64,000 bases of DNA. Origin: Oscillospiraceae bacterium (lineage in GTDB: Bacteria; Bacillota; Clostridia; Oscillospirales; CAG-272). Under the pieces are notes generated by a model. That model was not told the origin of the DNA and did no database searches. It saw only the letters and a program-made list of their open reading frames with translations. Numbering within the stretch: the first letter of the stretch is position 1; every line of letters begins with the position of its first letter. The stretch lies in contig SVRJ01000001.1 of the NCBI GenBank assembly GCA_015064885.1, positions 33,945 through 97,944 on the forward strand, read 5' to 3'. The translations under genes and the position numbers were made by a program. This document shows positions 39,774-48,289 of this stretch, in pieces.

Positions 39774-40724
39774 TTACTTACCTACCTTTGACAAGATCTT
39801 CTTGACGAACATGTTCGCGCCTATCATTATAATGAAGAGAATAACCGCGATAGCCGAGGCGTAACCCATTTCATAACGTGCTCCGCCGTAGTCATCAAGA
39901 TGGTGAGTGATCGTATATGCCGCATAGTCTGTAGACGGGAATCCGCAAAGCGCGGTAACAACTCCGCCGAAACCGAACGAGCTTGTGATGGACATAATAG
40001 CACCGAACATGAGCTGCGGCTTCATTGTCGGAAGTGTTACGTACCAAAGCTCCTGCCAACGGTTCTTAACGCCGTCAACCGCACAGGCTTCATAGAGAGA
40101 AGCATCTATACCCTGGAGACCTGCGATAAATGAAAGGAACGATGTACCGAGAGACGTCCAGATAGCAACTATTATACAAAGAGGCATAATGTAGTCTGCG
40201 TCCTCGAAGAACTGAATTTCTTCGGAAATAAGTCCGAATTCAAGAAGCTTACCGTTTACCCAACCGTGAGCGTCACCCGAGAAGAGTGTCTTCCAAACGA
40301 GGTAAGCCTGACCCGAAATAGAGGGTGCATAGAAGATAAGTGTTACGATCGCTCTTACCTTAGGTCCGAGCTCGTTGATGAACCAAGCTACCATAAAGGA
40401 CATGAGGTAGGAAGCGGGACCGACTATCGCGGCAAAGATGAACGTATTCTTTACCGAGTATGTCATAAAAATATCGTCATCAAGGAAAAGTCTGATATAG
40501 TTATCAAGTCCAACAAAGTTGGGGAATTCAAGCATGTTGAAGTCAGTAAAGCTTATAACGATCGAAACGATAACGGGAAGCATTGTAAAGAGGCTGAAGA
40601 CGAGCATATAAGGAAATACCATCAGGTAGGCTACCTTATTCTTCTTCATCTCTTTCCATGTCCATTGCCATTTCGTCATTTCACTGCGCGACACAGCTCT
40701 TTTCTTTGCAGTTTGTTCTGACAT
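39774..40724 (-). CDS. Carbohydrate-type ABC permease (MalF-like), first pair
   Basis: EACAVDGVKNRWQELWYVTLPTMKP EAA loop. The track start GTG 40742 lies inside the SD GAAGGAGA, so I use ATG 40724 (MSEQTAKK...). Confidence 0.88.
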   Translation of the reverse strand: MSEQTAKKRAVSRSEMTKWQWTWKEMKKNKVAYLMVFPYMLVFSLFTMLPVIVSIVISFTDFNMLEFPNFVGLDNYIRLFLDDDIFMTYSVKNTFIFAAIVGPASYLMSFMVAWFINELGPKVRAIVTLIFYAPSISGQAYLVWKTLFSGDAHGWVNGKLLEFGLISEEIQFFEDADYIMPLCIIVAIWTSLGTSFLSFIAGLQGIDASLYEACAVDGVKNRWQELWYVTLPTMKPQLMFGAIMSITSSFGFGGVVTALCGFPSTDYAAYTITHHLDDYGGARYEMGYASAIAVILFIIMIGANMFVKKILSKVGK

Positions 40725-40797
40725 GTGAGTTATCTCCTTCACAGATTTTTTGTGTCGGGAGCAGCTTCGGCCGCTCCCGAATCTTTCATATTATTAA

Positions 40798-43700
40798 TTA
40801 ATATTCAGCATGTGCCTTTGCAGCATCCTTAGCATACTTAACTATTGCCTCGTATGCGGGATTGGAAGCGAATGTCTCTGCAGCCGCATTTACCGCCTCG
40901 ACATCCATAACCGCTGTGTTCTGGTAATCAAGGAGGAGATCGACGAGAGGCTTAAGCTCTGTCTTCTGATCCGCTGTAAGAGTTTCATATGCTGTGAGCA
41001 ACTGTCTTACACGCTTCTTAGCGAGTGTGTCGCCGAGCTCGAGTGTTTCAAGTCCGAACTCTTCACGCTTTCTTGTGATTTCCTTGTCTATAGACTGAAT
41101 GTAGCTCTGAAGTTCTTCAACAGGATTCTTCTTATCATTATAAGCCGCGAGGAACGCGAACTTTGTATAACGTCCGATAATGTAAGTACCGGGATAGTTA
41201 GGAATAGAAGCGAGGTTGTTGAACTGGAGCATGAGGTTTTCAAGCTCGCTTGTTGTCCAAGGCAAGCTTTCAAGAGCTGTCTTGTTTGCTGTAGCGTGCT
41301 TAGCGGAAGGACCGAGGATAGCAACCATCTCGTTGGAGTAGTCTATCTGGCACTGCTCGCCTACATGCCACTTGATGAATTCCCACGCGCCTTCTTCCTG
41401 GTCGCATCCGTGAAGCATTACGATCGCGGAAACGCTGGATACCGAGCAGTTGTTGATATTGCCTTCTGCATCCATGATACCCGGAAGCGGAACGAACTGC
41501 CAGAGGCCCTTAAGCTCTGTTGCGAATACCGTGAGGTGGTTGTACGTACCGGTATAAGCAGCTATACCGATCGGCATTTCACCTGTTCTGAAACGGTTTG
41601 CAAAGTCGTAGGTGTAGGGGAATGAGTACATTGTAAACATATTACACATACGGTCGAATGCATCGAGAGCAACGTCGGAGCCGAGGTTGATTCTCATGCC
41701 TTCGTCAGCAAAGAGCTCACCGCCCATCTGGTAGAGGAAGATGTTTACGTCGGCAGACATACCGATCTCCATGTTATTAGCCTGAAGAACGGGAACTGCG
41801 GCGAGAACGTCATCCCAAGTCTGGGGGATATCTATTTCAAGGTCAGCAAGGATATCTGTTCTTACGAACATCATCGGGAAACTCTGTGTCTCGGGGAGAC
41901 CGTAAGTATGATAGGTGTTGGTAGCATCGGCAATTCCGAGAACCATCATAGCCGCTTCATTGAAGGGCTCTGTAGCTTCCTCGAAGCCTTCATATCCTTC
42001 GATCGGGAGAAGTGCGTTTCTTATAGCGTAGTTAATAACGTCTCCCTGGCCAAGTCCTATGTATACGTCGGGTCCCATACCTGCAAGAACAGAGGGAAGG
42101 AGCGTACCGCCCGTTACAAGCTTAAGATCTACCGGAACGCCTGTTACGGGTGTGAAGTCATTATTTATAAGGTTACGAATAACTTGCGTCTGGTCACGGC
42201 CGTATGCGAGCCAAACCTCTACGCTGTCATCGCCTGCGCTAACTGTCTCTTCTGTAGCACCCATACGGTTGTAGTTACGTACAAAGCTCTGGAAGAAGCT
42301 TGTCAACTCGTGAACGAATGCCTGGAAGAAGTTTGCCTTAGCCTTGGGAAGCTCGGCATTTGCACCCTGGATAACGATGTAGTCAAGCTTAAGAGGCTGT
42401 GTCTTAGCGTCGCTGAGGAATGTACCAAGAGTACCGATGTAGGTCTTCATCTGGTCGAGGTTTCTTGCGATCTCTTCCTCGTCTCTTCCCATCTTTTCAA
42501 GAAGCCATGCGATCTTTTCAAGGATAGCTATATTCGAGCTCTTTTCACCGGAGATCTCCTTAAGAGTCTCTGCGTACGCATAAAGGTTCTTGGATTCATC
42601 AACGAGAGAACGGAGAACCTCGGGCATTGCTCTTGCAAAGCCGTAGTCTCTGTATTCGTCAGGGTCAGAACCTGTGAGCTTCATTATTTTAAGGTAGTCG
42701 TTGTTGATATTTGTAAGCGTGCCGTCTATCTTTCTGATGAGCTCGCCCATATCACCGAGAGTTACCTCGAATTCTATCTCATACGTACCGGGTTCGAGAT
42801 AAAGTTCAACGTTGTGAGTTACGCCCGCGTCGTCAACGTAGTGAAGAGGAGCGACCTGCCAGCTGGTTCTGTTATAATCAAATCTGAGAAGATTCGCTTC
42901 AGCGAAGGGAGTTGTCCATTCGGGATAAAGCGATCCGCCCTTGATCCTGAGACTTCTCGATGTAAACATACCGTCGAGAATGTTCTGCTGGAATCTGGGA
43001 ACGATCTGATATTTACCTGCTGTGGTTATTGTGAACGAGTATCTTACCCACTGGCCTGCTGTCTGCCACTTACCGCCGCCGAGAGCATTGAGAAGAGTTC
43101 TCGAAACGTCTGTGGGGCTGTTGAGCGCATCCGTTCTGTCCTCTATGGGGTAGATCGTCTGAGAAGACGTTGCAGACGGGTACTCGGCCTCGAACTTTAT
43201 AACGTCGGTTCCGACAGGCTTATCTGCGTAAAGAGCAGCGTACTCTTCATAGCTCATAGCCTTTTTGTGGGGAACGAGTGTTATCGTATCGATAACGAGG
43301 GGTTCACTCGTAGCTTCGAGAGAAATAATGTTTTCGCCCTTTTCAAGAACGAACTCAAAGGATTCGGAGTAGAATCCGTTCGAATCGCAAAGCTCGTAGT
43401 TTCTCCACTCGGGAGCCTGCTTCATCGTAGGTCTTACCTCATTACCGTCAATGTCCGTCTTGAACAAACGGTCGGGACCGCCCTCGTAGGAAGCGGGATC
43501 CATGTAGTTGTTCACCCAGACCTTGGAGAGTGTGAGGTAACGTGATTCAGCAAACGGGATCGTACCGTTTATTCTGAAGATTCTTTCAACAGAGGTGGAC
43601 TTGTTCTCGATCGGGAACACACGAAGAACTATGCTGTACTTCGCAGTTTCCGGAACAGTTACCTTCCAAGAGACCGTACCTGCCGAAGGTGTCTTGAGAG

Positions 43701-44022
43701 CCTCTACGGGAGTCTCACCCTCGGGACCGTAGTTACCAACCTCAACAGCGGCGTCGGTAAGTACCTGCCCTTCCTTGTCGAGCTTGTCGGTTATGTAGTC
43801 TTTTGCGTCGATTTCGATTTTTTCGGTTGCCGCGGGGACGTCCTTGTTCGCAAGAACGTATTCGTCATAGCTGAGCGCGTCAAGTATTTCTCTCATCGCA
43901 CGGAAAGAACTTTCCTGCTGAATCGAAGAAGAGCCGGCTGCGCTTACCGCTACTGTTCCCGTAGCGAGCATGAGCACTGCAAGGAAGAGTGCCAACGCTC
44001 TTGTCAGTGTTTTCTTGATCAT
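40798..44022 (-). CDS. 1074-aa extracellular solute-binding protein (family-1 type) with two N-terminal CBM-like beta-sandwich modules and a helical spacer; signal peptide without a lipobox
   Basis: MIKKTLTRALALFLAVLMLATGTVAVSA|AG. Two repeats of a beta-sandwich-like pattern (...AKYSIVLRVFPI.../...AGKYQIVPRFQQ...YLEPGTYEIEFEV). The C-terminal half has an SBP_bac_1-like pattern (VEVWLAYGRDQTQVIRNLINNDFTPVTGVPVDLKLV...GMGPDVYIG). Confidence 0.8.
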   Translation of the reverse strand: MIKKTLTRALALFLAVLMLATGTVAVSAAGSSSIQQESSFRAMREILDALSYDEYVLANKDVPAATEKIEIDAKDYITDKLDKEGQVLTDAAVEVGNYGPEGETPVEALKTPSAGTVSWKVTVPETAKYSIVLRVFPIENKSTSVERIFRINGTIPFAESRYLTLSKVWVNNYMDPASYEGGPDRLFKTDIDGNEVRPTMKQAPEWRNYELCDSNGFYSESFEFVLEKGENIISLEATSEPLVIDTITLVPHKKAMSYEEYAALYADKPVGTDVIKFEAEYPSATSSQTIYPIEDRTDALNSPTDVSRTLLNALGGGKWQTAGQWVRYSFTITTAGKYQIVPRFQQNILDGMFTSRSLRIKGGSLYPEWTTPFAEANLLRFDYNRTSWQVAPLHYVDDAGVTHNVELYLEPGTYEIEFEVTLGDMGELIRKIDGTLTNINNDYLKIMKLTGSDPDEYRDYGFARAMPEVLRSLVDESKNLYAYAETLKEISGEKSSNIAILEKIAWLLEKMGRDEEEIARNLDQMKTYIGTLGTFLSDAKTQPLKLDYIVIQGANAELPKAKANFFQAFVHELTSFFQSFVRNYNRMGATEETVSAGDDSVEVWLAYGRDQTQVIRNLINNDFTPVTGVPVDLKLVTGGTLLPSVLAGMGPDVYIGLGQGDVINYAIRNALLPIEGYEGFEEATEPFNEAAMMVLGIADATNTYHTYGLPETQSFPMMFVRTDILADLEIDIPQTWDDVLAAVPVLQANNMEIGMSADVNIFLYQMGGELFADEGMRINLGSDVALDAFDRMCNMFTMYSFPYTYDFANRFRTGEMPIGIAAYTGTYNHLTVFATELKGLWQFVPLPGIMDAEGNINNCSVSSVSAIVMLHGCDQEEGAWEFIKWHVGEQCQIDYSNEMVAILGPSAKHATANKTALESLPWTTSELENLMLQFNNLASIPNYPGTYIIGRYTKFAFLAAYNDKKNPVEELQSYIQSIDKEITRKREEFGLETLELGDTLAKKRVRQLLTAYETLTADQKTELKPLVDLLLDYQNTAVMDVEAVNAAAETFASNPAYEAIVKYAKDAAKAHAEY

Positions 44023-44219
44023 AATTTCCTCCTGTAACCCGTCGCCCGGCGAATGACCGCACCGAGCAACTTTCTGTAAAATGCTTTCGTCCGGACTGTT
44101 CCTCCGGTAAGAAACAGCCTTGTCGAAAGGATTGTTATCCGCATGGCGGATGCTAAAGAACGATCAAAGCTCCCGCTTTTTTTGCAAGAAGGCGCAATAA
44201 GTCCGTTCAAGTATATTAT

Positions 44220-44248
44220 ATAATACCACATTTCAGTTCGTTTGTCAA
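44220..44248 (-). promoter_or_regulatory. Promoter of the ABC/NHL-Yip1 locus (TTGACA-17-TGgTATTAT)
   Basis: The reverse strand reads cccTTGACAaacgaactgaaatgtggTATTATata, leaving a ~190-nt leader before ATG 44022. Confidence 0.55.
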
Positions 44249-44711
44249 GGGGGAATTTTCTTTCGGCTTCCAATAAAAAAATATGCCCACTGCAAAAACC
44301 CCCTTCAAAAGTTAACAAATTCTCACACCGCGTTCACAAAAAAATAAACTCGCATAAAAAAGCAAAATCGCTTTTTGTGACTTTTTTGAACCCGAATGTG
44401 AATTTTTTTTGCATTTTTTAATAGGGTAAATGTTTTTTACTCGTTTTTCTCTTTTGAACGGTGCAAAAAGGGGAGTTTCGGCTCTTTTTTGTTTGTTTTT
44501 TTCGCAATTTCAAGGCAAATTATTTGCAGGTAATTTTTATTTACTCTATTATCTGCACTCTTTTTATCCTCCATTTTTTGCCGTCCTTTTGACGACGAAC
44601 AAAGTTTTTGTGCATTGTGCACAATTTTGAGACCTTTTTTTCTACACTGTGGCAATCTGCACAAACATTCATTTTTCACATAACTTTTCGGCCATTTTCA
44701 CTTTAATAAAT

Positions 44712-44746
44712 AAAAAAAGAGCGGTCTTCGAAGCTTCAAAGACCGC
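44712..44746 (-). terminator. Intrinsic terminator after nifU
   Basis: GCGGTCTTtgaagcttcgAAGACCGC followed by CUCUUUUUUU on the minus strand. Confidence 0.75.
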
Positions 44747-44771
44747 CGAAATAAAGCCAATCACTATACTA

Positions 44772-45212
44772 TCAATGATGGTGATGATGGTCGTCACACG
44801 CACAATCGTGACACGTGCAGGGGATATCTATCTCTTTATCTATTCCCTTCTTCTTGTAGTAGTCGGAAATAGCCGCCTTGATAGCCTCCTCGGCAAGGAC
44901 CGAACAGTGCACCTTTACAGGGGGAAGACCCTCAAGCGCCTCGACAACAGCAGCGTTGGTAAGCTTCAAGGCATCGTCTATCGACTTGCCCTTGACGAGC
45001 TCTGTTGCCATAGAAGAAGTTGCGATGGCCGCGCCGCAGCCGAAGGTTTTGAACTTAACGTCTGTAATTATATCGTTTTCGACCTTGATAAACATCTGCA
45101 TAATGTCTCCGCATTTTGCGTTGCCTACCGTTCCTACACCGTCTGCATTTTCAATTTCGCCGACGTTCCTGGGGTTTGTAAAATGATCCATTACTTTTTC
45201 GCTGTATAACAT
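44772..45212 (-). CDS. nifU: Fe-S cluster scaffold protein (NifU N-terminal/IscU type) with a Cys/His-rich C-terminal tail
   Basis: YSEKVMDHFTNPRNVG...GNAKCGDIM...FGCGAAIATSS...VHCSVLAEEA. The tail is CTCHDCACDDHHHHH. Confidence 0.9.
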   Translation of the reverse strand: MLYSEKVMDHFTNPRNVGEIENADGVGTVGNAKCGDIMQMFIKVENDIITDVKFKTFGCGAAIATSSMATELVKGKSIDDALKLTNAAVVEALEGLPPVKVHCSVLAEEAIKAAISDYYKKKGIDKEIDIPCTCHDCACDDHHHHH

Positions 45213-45230
45213 ATTTTTAATTCCTTTCGA

Positions 45231-46406
45231 TCAATCGTTTGTCTGAGGGTAGATGGGGCTCATCTTTCTCAGCTTGTCAACTATATTTTTCATATTTTCT
45301 ATAACTCTGTCGACTTCCTCCTCGGTGTTTGCGTGCGAGAGCGAAAATCTTATAGAGCCGTGCGCCTTCTCGACCGGAAGACCTATTGAGAGAAGCACGT
45401 GTGACGGCTCGAGACTGGTAGACGAGCATGCGGATCCGGTAGATGCGCTTATTCCCATCATATCAAGCCAGAGAAGAAGGCTCTCTCCCTCTACAAACTC
45501 AAACGAGACGTTTACGTTTCCGGGAAGTCTGCGCTCTCTGTCGCCGTTAAGAACAGTATACGGTATCTGGAGAAGCCCGTCTATCAGCCTATCTCGAAGC
45601 GCTCTTATACGGTCGTTATCCGACATATTCTTCTTTGCCGAAGCAAGTGCGCATGCGAGTCCCTTTATATACGGAAGATTTTCTGTTCCCGCTCTTTTAC
45701 TGTTCTCCTGAGCACCGCCGTCTATAAGGTTTTTAACGTATACGCCCTTTCTTATATAAAGCGCGCCGATTCCCTTGGGAGCCCCTATTTTGTGTCCCGA
45801 AAAGCTAAGCATATCAACTCCGAGAGCCTTTACGTCTATATCAACAGCTCCGACAGCCTGAACCGCATCGGTAAACATGAGAGCTCCCTTTTCGTGAGCT
45901 ATATCCGCGATCTCGGCTATAGGCTGGATAGTGCCTATCTCGTTGTTGGCAAACATAACGGCAACTATCGCCGTCTTATCGGTAACAGCCGCTTTGAGCT
46001 CGTCAAGCTTTACGATACCCTTATTGTCTACCGGAACGTACGTTACCTTGTATCCCTGCTTTTCAAGAGCCTTGCAGGTGTTAAGCACCGCGGGATGCTC
46101 GAAAACGGTAGTTACTATCTCGTCTCTTCCCTTCTTCGCGGCGAGCATTGCGCCCTTTATAGCCCAGTTATCAGACTCGGAACCGCAGGATGTAAAATAT
46201 ATCTCCTTTGCATCACAGCCGATAAGAGAAGCCACTTCCGCTCTTGCTTCGTTGAGTATTTCCTTTGCCACCTGACCGTTTTGATGGAGGCTGGAGGGAT
46301 TTCCCCAATATTCATTGAATATGGGCAGCATAGCTTCCACCACCTCGGGAAGAACCGGGGTCGTCGCCGCATTGTCCATATATATTCTTTTTGCATTCAA
46401 ATTCAT
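45231..46406 (-). CDS. nifS: Cysteine desulfurase (NifS/IscS class)
   Basis: IYMDNAATTP, SFSGHKIGAPKGIGALY (PLP lysine), SASTGSACSS (active-site Cys loop). Confidence 0.92.
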   Translation of the reverse strand: MNLNAKRIYMDNAATTPVLPEVVEAMLPIFNEYWGNPSSLHQNGQVAKEILNEARAEVASLIGCDAKEIYFTSCGSESDNWAIKGAMLAAKKGRDEIVTTVFEHPAVLNTCKALEKQGYKVTYVPVDNKGIVKLDELKAAVTDKTAIVAVMFANNEIGTIQPIAEIADIAHEKGALMFTDAVQAVGAVDIDVKALGVDMLSFSGHKIGAPKGIGALYIRKGVYVKNLIDGGAQENSKRAGTENLPYIKGLACALASAKKNMSDNDRIRALRDRLIDGLLQIPYTVLNGDRERRLPGNVNVSFEFVEGESLLLWLDMMGISASTGSACSSTSLEPSHVLLSIGLPVEKAHGSIRFSLSHANTEEEVDRVIENMKNIVDKLRKMSPIYPQTND

Positions 46407-46572
46407 ATCTTATCCACGCGCAAGCATTGCGCAATTCCTTTTTATTAGCATTCCAATATAATATTTTATATCATTTTATTTTTTATTTCAAGTGGTTTGC
46501 AAAAGTATTATGTTAATTTTTTATGAACCGATTTTCATTTGATTTTTTCTTCAATTAAATACATAAAAAGCC

Positions 46573-46601
46573 TTGACAACAGTGAAAAAATATGATAGAA
46601 T
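46573..46601 (+). promoter_or_regulatory. Promoter of the ABC ATPase/membrane-protein pair (TTGACA-17-TGaTAGAAT)
   Basis: gccTTGACAacagtgaaaaaatatgaTAGAATtat. Confidence 0.5.
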
Positions 46602-46648
46602 TATCTCAGCAACAAATATAATGAAAGGACAAAGGCAAAATCACTTCT

Positions 46649-47380
46649 GTGATCTTTGCGGCAACCAATATGGACAATAATAATATTTTGCTGTCGTGTC
46701 AGAACGTGACCAAAAGCTTTGGCTCCTCAAGGGCTGTATGCGATTTCGACATACGTATCCCGAGTGGAAAGATAGTCGGTCTTTTGGGCCCTAACGGCAG
46801 CGGAAAGACCACGCTCATAAAAATGATTGCAGGTCTTCTCCTCCCCACGAGGGGTAGGATCCTCGTAGACGGAGCTCCGATAGGTGAAGAGACCAAAGCG
46901 GTGGTATCCTATCTTCCGGATAACGGGTTCTTCGAGAACTGGATGACGGTTAACGACTGTGTGGCTTTATTTGAAGAATTCTACACAGACTTTGACAAGG
47001 CACGCGCATACGAGATGCTGTCTCTTCTCGGATTAAAACCTAATGCCCCGTACAAATCGCTTTCCAAAGGAAACAAGGAAAAGGTCCAGCTTATAATGTG
47101 CATGGCACGGCGTGCCAAGCTCTATCTGCTTGACGAGCCTATCGCCGGTGTAGACCCCGCGGCAAGAGACTATATACTCAACACCATACTTACAAACTTC
47201 TCGCGTGAATCAACAATAATCATCTCCACCCATCTGCTTGCAGACGTCGAGGAGGTTCTGGATGAATTCATATTCCTCAGAGAAGGAAGAGCGGTTGCAT
47301 ATAACTCGGTCTCTCTCTCGCAGGAGCAAACGGGCAAGACCCTCAACGAGCTTTTCAAGGAGGTGTTCAGATGCTACTGA
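46649..47380 (+). CDS. ABC transporter ATP-binding protein
   Basis: Walker A GPNGSGKTT, signature LSKGNKEKV, Walker B LYLLDEP. The start is ambiguous (GTG 46649 or ATG 46670) and neither has a good SD. Confidence 0.85.
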   Translation: MIFAATNMDNNNILLSCQNVTKSFGSSRAVCDFDIRIPSGKIVGLLGPNGSGKTTLIKMIAGLLLPTRGRILVDGAPIGEETKAVVSYLPDNGFFENWMTVNDCVALFEEFYTDFDKARAYEMLSLLGLKPNAPYKSLSKGNKEKVQLIMCMARRAKLYLLDEPIAGVDPAARDYILNTILTNFSRESTIIISTHLLADVEEVLDEFIFLREGRAVAYNSVSLSQEQTGKTLNELFKEVFRCY

Positions 47381-48240
47381 AGCTTATTAAATTCAAGCTG
47401 CGCTCGGTAAAGAAGGGGCTCATTCTTATCTTGGCGGGAATGCTCTCGTTTGCGGCTATATTCGCGCTGAGCATAAATCTGCTCCTCTCGTTCAGCCTGT
47501 CCGAGTCATCCTCTACTCTTAAAGATATAGCGATAATCTTTATCATCCCTCTGCTCACACTGTCGGTCTTCGGTTTCTTTTTCGCAATGTTTGCCGGATA
47601 CGCCTTAAGCGCTTATTCCGCATATCAGACCTACGGAAAGAGCAGCGCGTATCTCTACTTTACTCTTCCCGCATCAAGGAACAAGGTATACGCAGCATCC
47701 GTTTACACGGTTCTTATAAAGATGTTCATTATTTCCGTGCTTGCAATACTTTCGATATCCTTCGTCTTTGTTACGTTTTCACTCAATGCAACTCTTCAGG
47801 GATTTATTGCAGATTTCAAAGAGGTTTTTGAGGAGATCTTCTCTACCTTCCGCAGTATATTCTCGATGGCCGATGTTTCCACCGCAGATATCGTCCTCCG
47901 TACATTATCCTATATACTCAATTTTGCGGTGAGCACGGTATATACCGCGATATTCTTAAACTTTGCATGCATATACGGATGCAGCCTCGCAAAGAAGCAT
48001 AAGCTTCTCGGATGCATACTTACAGGAATCATCACAAACTACTCACTTTCGTTTGCACATTCTATCGTTGTCGGTATTCCAACCTTCATTATAGCGTATT
48101 TATCCCCTGATGCGGTAGAGTTATCCGCAATGTCTGCGGGAACAGTACTTGCCGATACGCTTTTCTACGCGGCGGCAACCGTTATAATGCACGTGCTCGC
48201 GACGAAGAAGTTAAACAACAGCTTTGACGTAACGGCGTGA
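47371..48240 (+). CDS. Polytopic membrane protein, probable permease partner of the preceding ATPase
   Basis: 10-nt overlap with the ATPase gene; ~6-7 hydrophobic helices; no named motif. Confidence 0.6.
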   Translation: MLLKLIKFKLRSVKKGLILILAGMLSFAAIFALSINLLLSFSLSESSSTLKDIAIIFIIPLLTLSVFGFFFAMFAGYALSAYSAYQTYGKSSAYLYFTLPASRNKVYAASVYTVLIKMFIISVLAILSISFVFVTFSLNATLQGFIADFKEVFEEIFSTFRSIFSMADVSTADIVLRTLSYILNFAVSTVYTAIFLNFACIYGCSLAKKHKLLGCILTGIITNYSLSFAHSIVVGIPTFIIAYLSPDAVELSAMSAGTVLADTLFYAAATVIMHVLATKKLNNSFDVTA

Positions 48241-48253
48241 AGAAAAAAAATAC

Positions 48254-48283
48254 GGCTGTCTCAGGCACGAGCTTGAGGCAGCC
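48254..48283. terminator. Bidirectional terminator between convergent genes
   Basis: GGCTGTCTCAGGCacgaGCTTGAGGCAGCC with an A-run before it and a T-run after it. Confidence 0.65.
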
Positions 48284-48289
48284 TCTTTT

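Noticed and set aside
44040-44213. c-di-GMP-I (GEMM-I)-like riboswitch in the ABC-locus leader, suggested by CCGGACGAAAGC resembling the GACGCAAAGC core.
   Set aside because: The second conserved half, the GGCAAA-type tetraloop/receptor features and the pairing scheme could not be found. The resemblance is limited to ~8 nt.
44437-44679. 80-aa Lys/Asn-rich minus-strand ORF, and a 66-aa plus-strand ORF (44430-44630), in the spacer upstream of the ABC locus.
   Set aside because: They are products of A/T-tract DNA with no SD and low-complexity translations.
44772-44789. C-terminal HHHHH on NifU as an engineered His-tag, implying a cloning artefact or synthetic DNA.
   Set aside because: There are five rather than six His residues, with mixed CAT/CAC codons. 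They are directly preceded by a native-looking Cys/His/Asp-rich segment, with no linker, protease site or vector sequence, and a normal terminator follows.
46621-46680. 19-codon uORF (MKGQRQNHFCDLCGNQYGQ*) overlapping the start of the ABC ATPase gene.
   Set aside because: It has no SD and would start ~12 nt from the predicted TSS. No supporting feature exists, and it may simply reflect uncertainty about the ATPase start codon.
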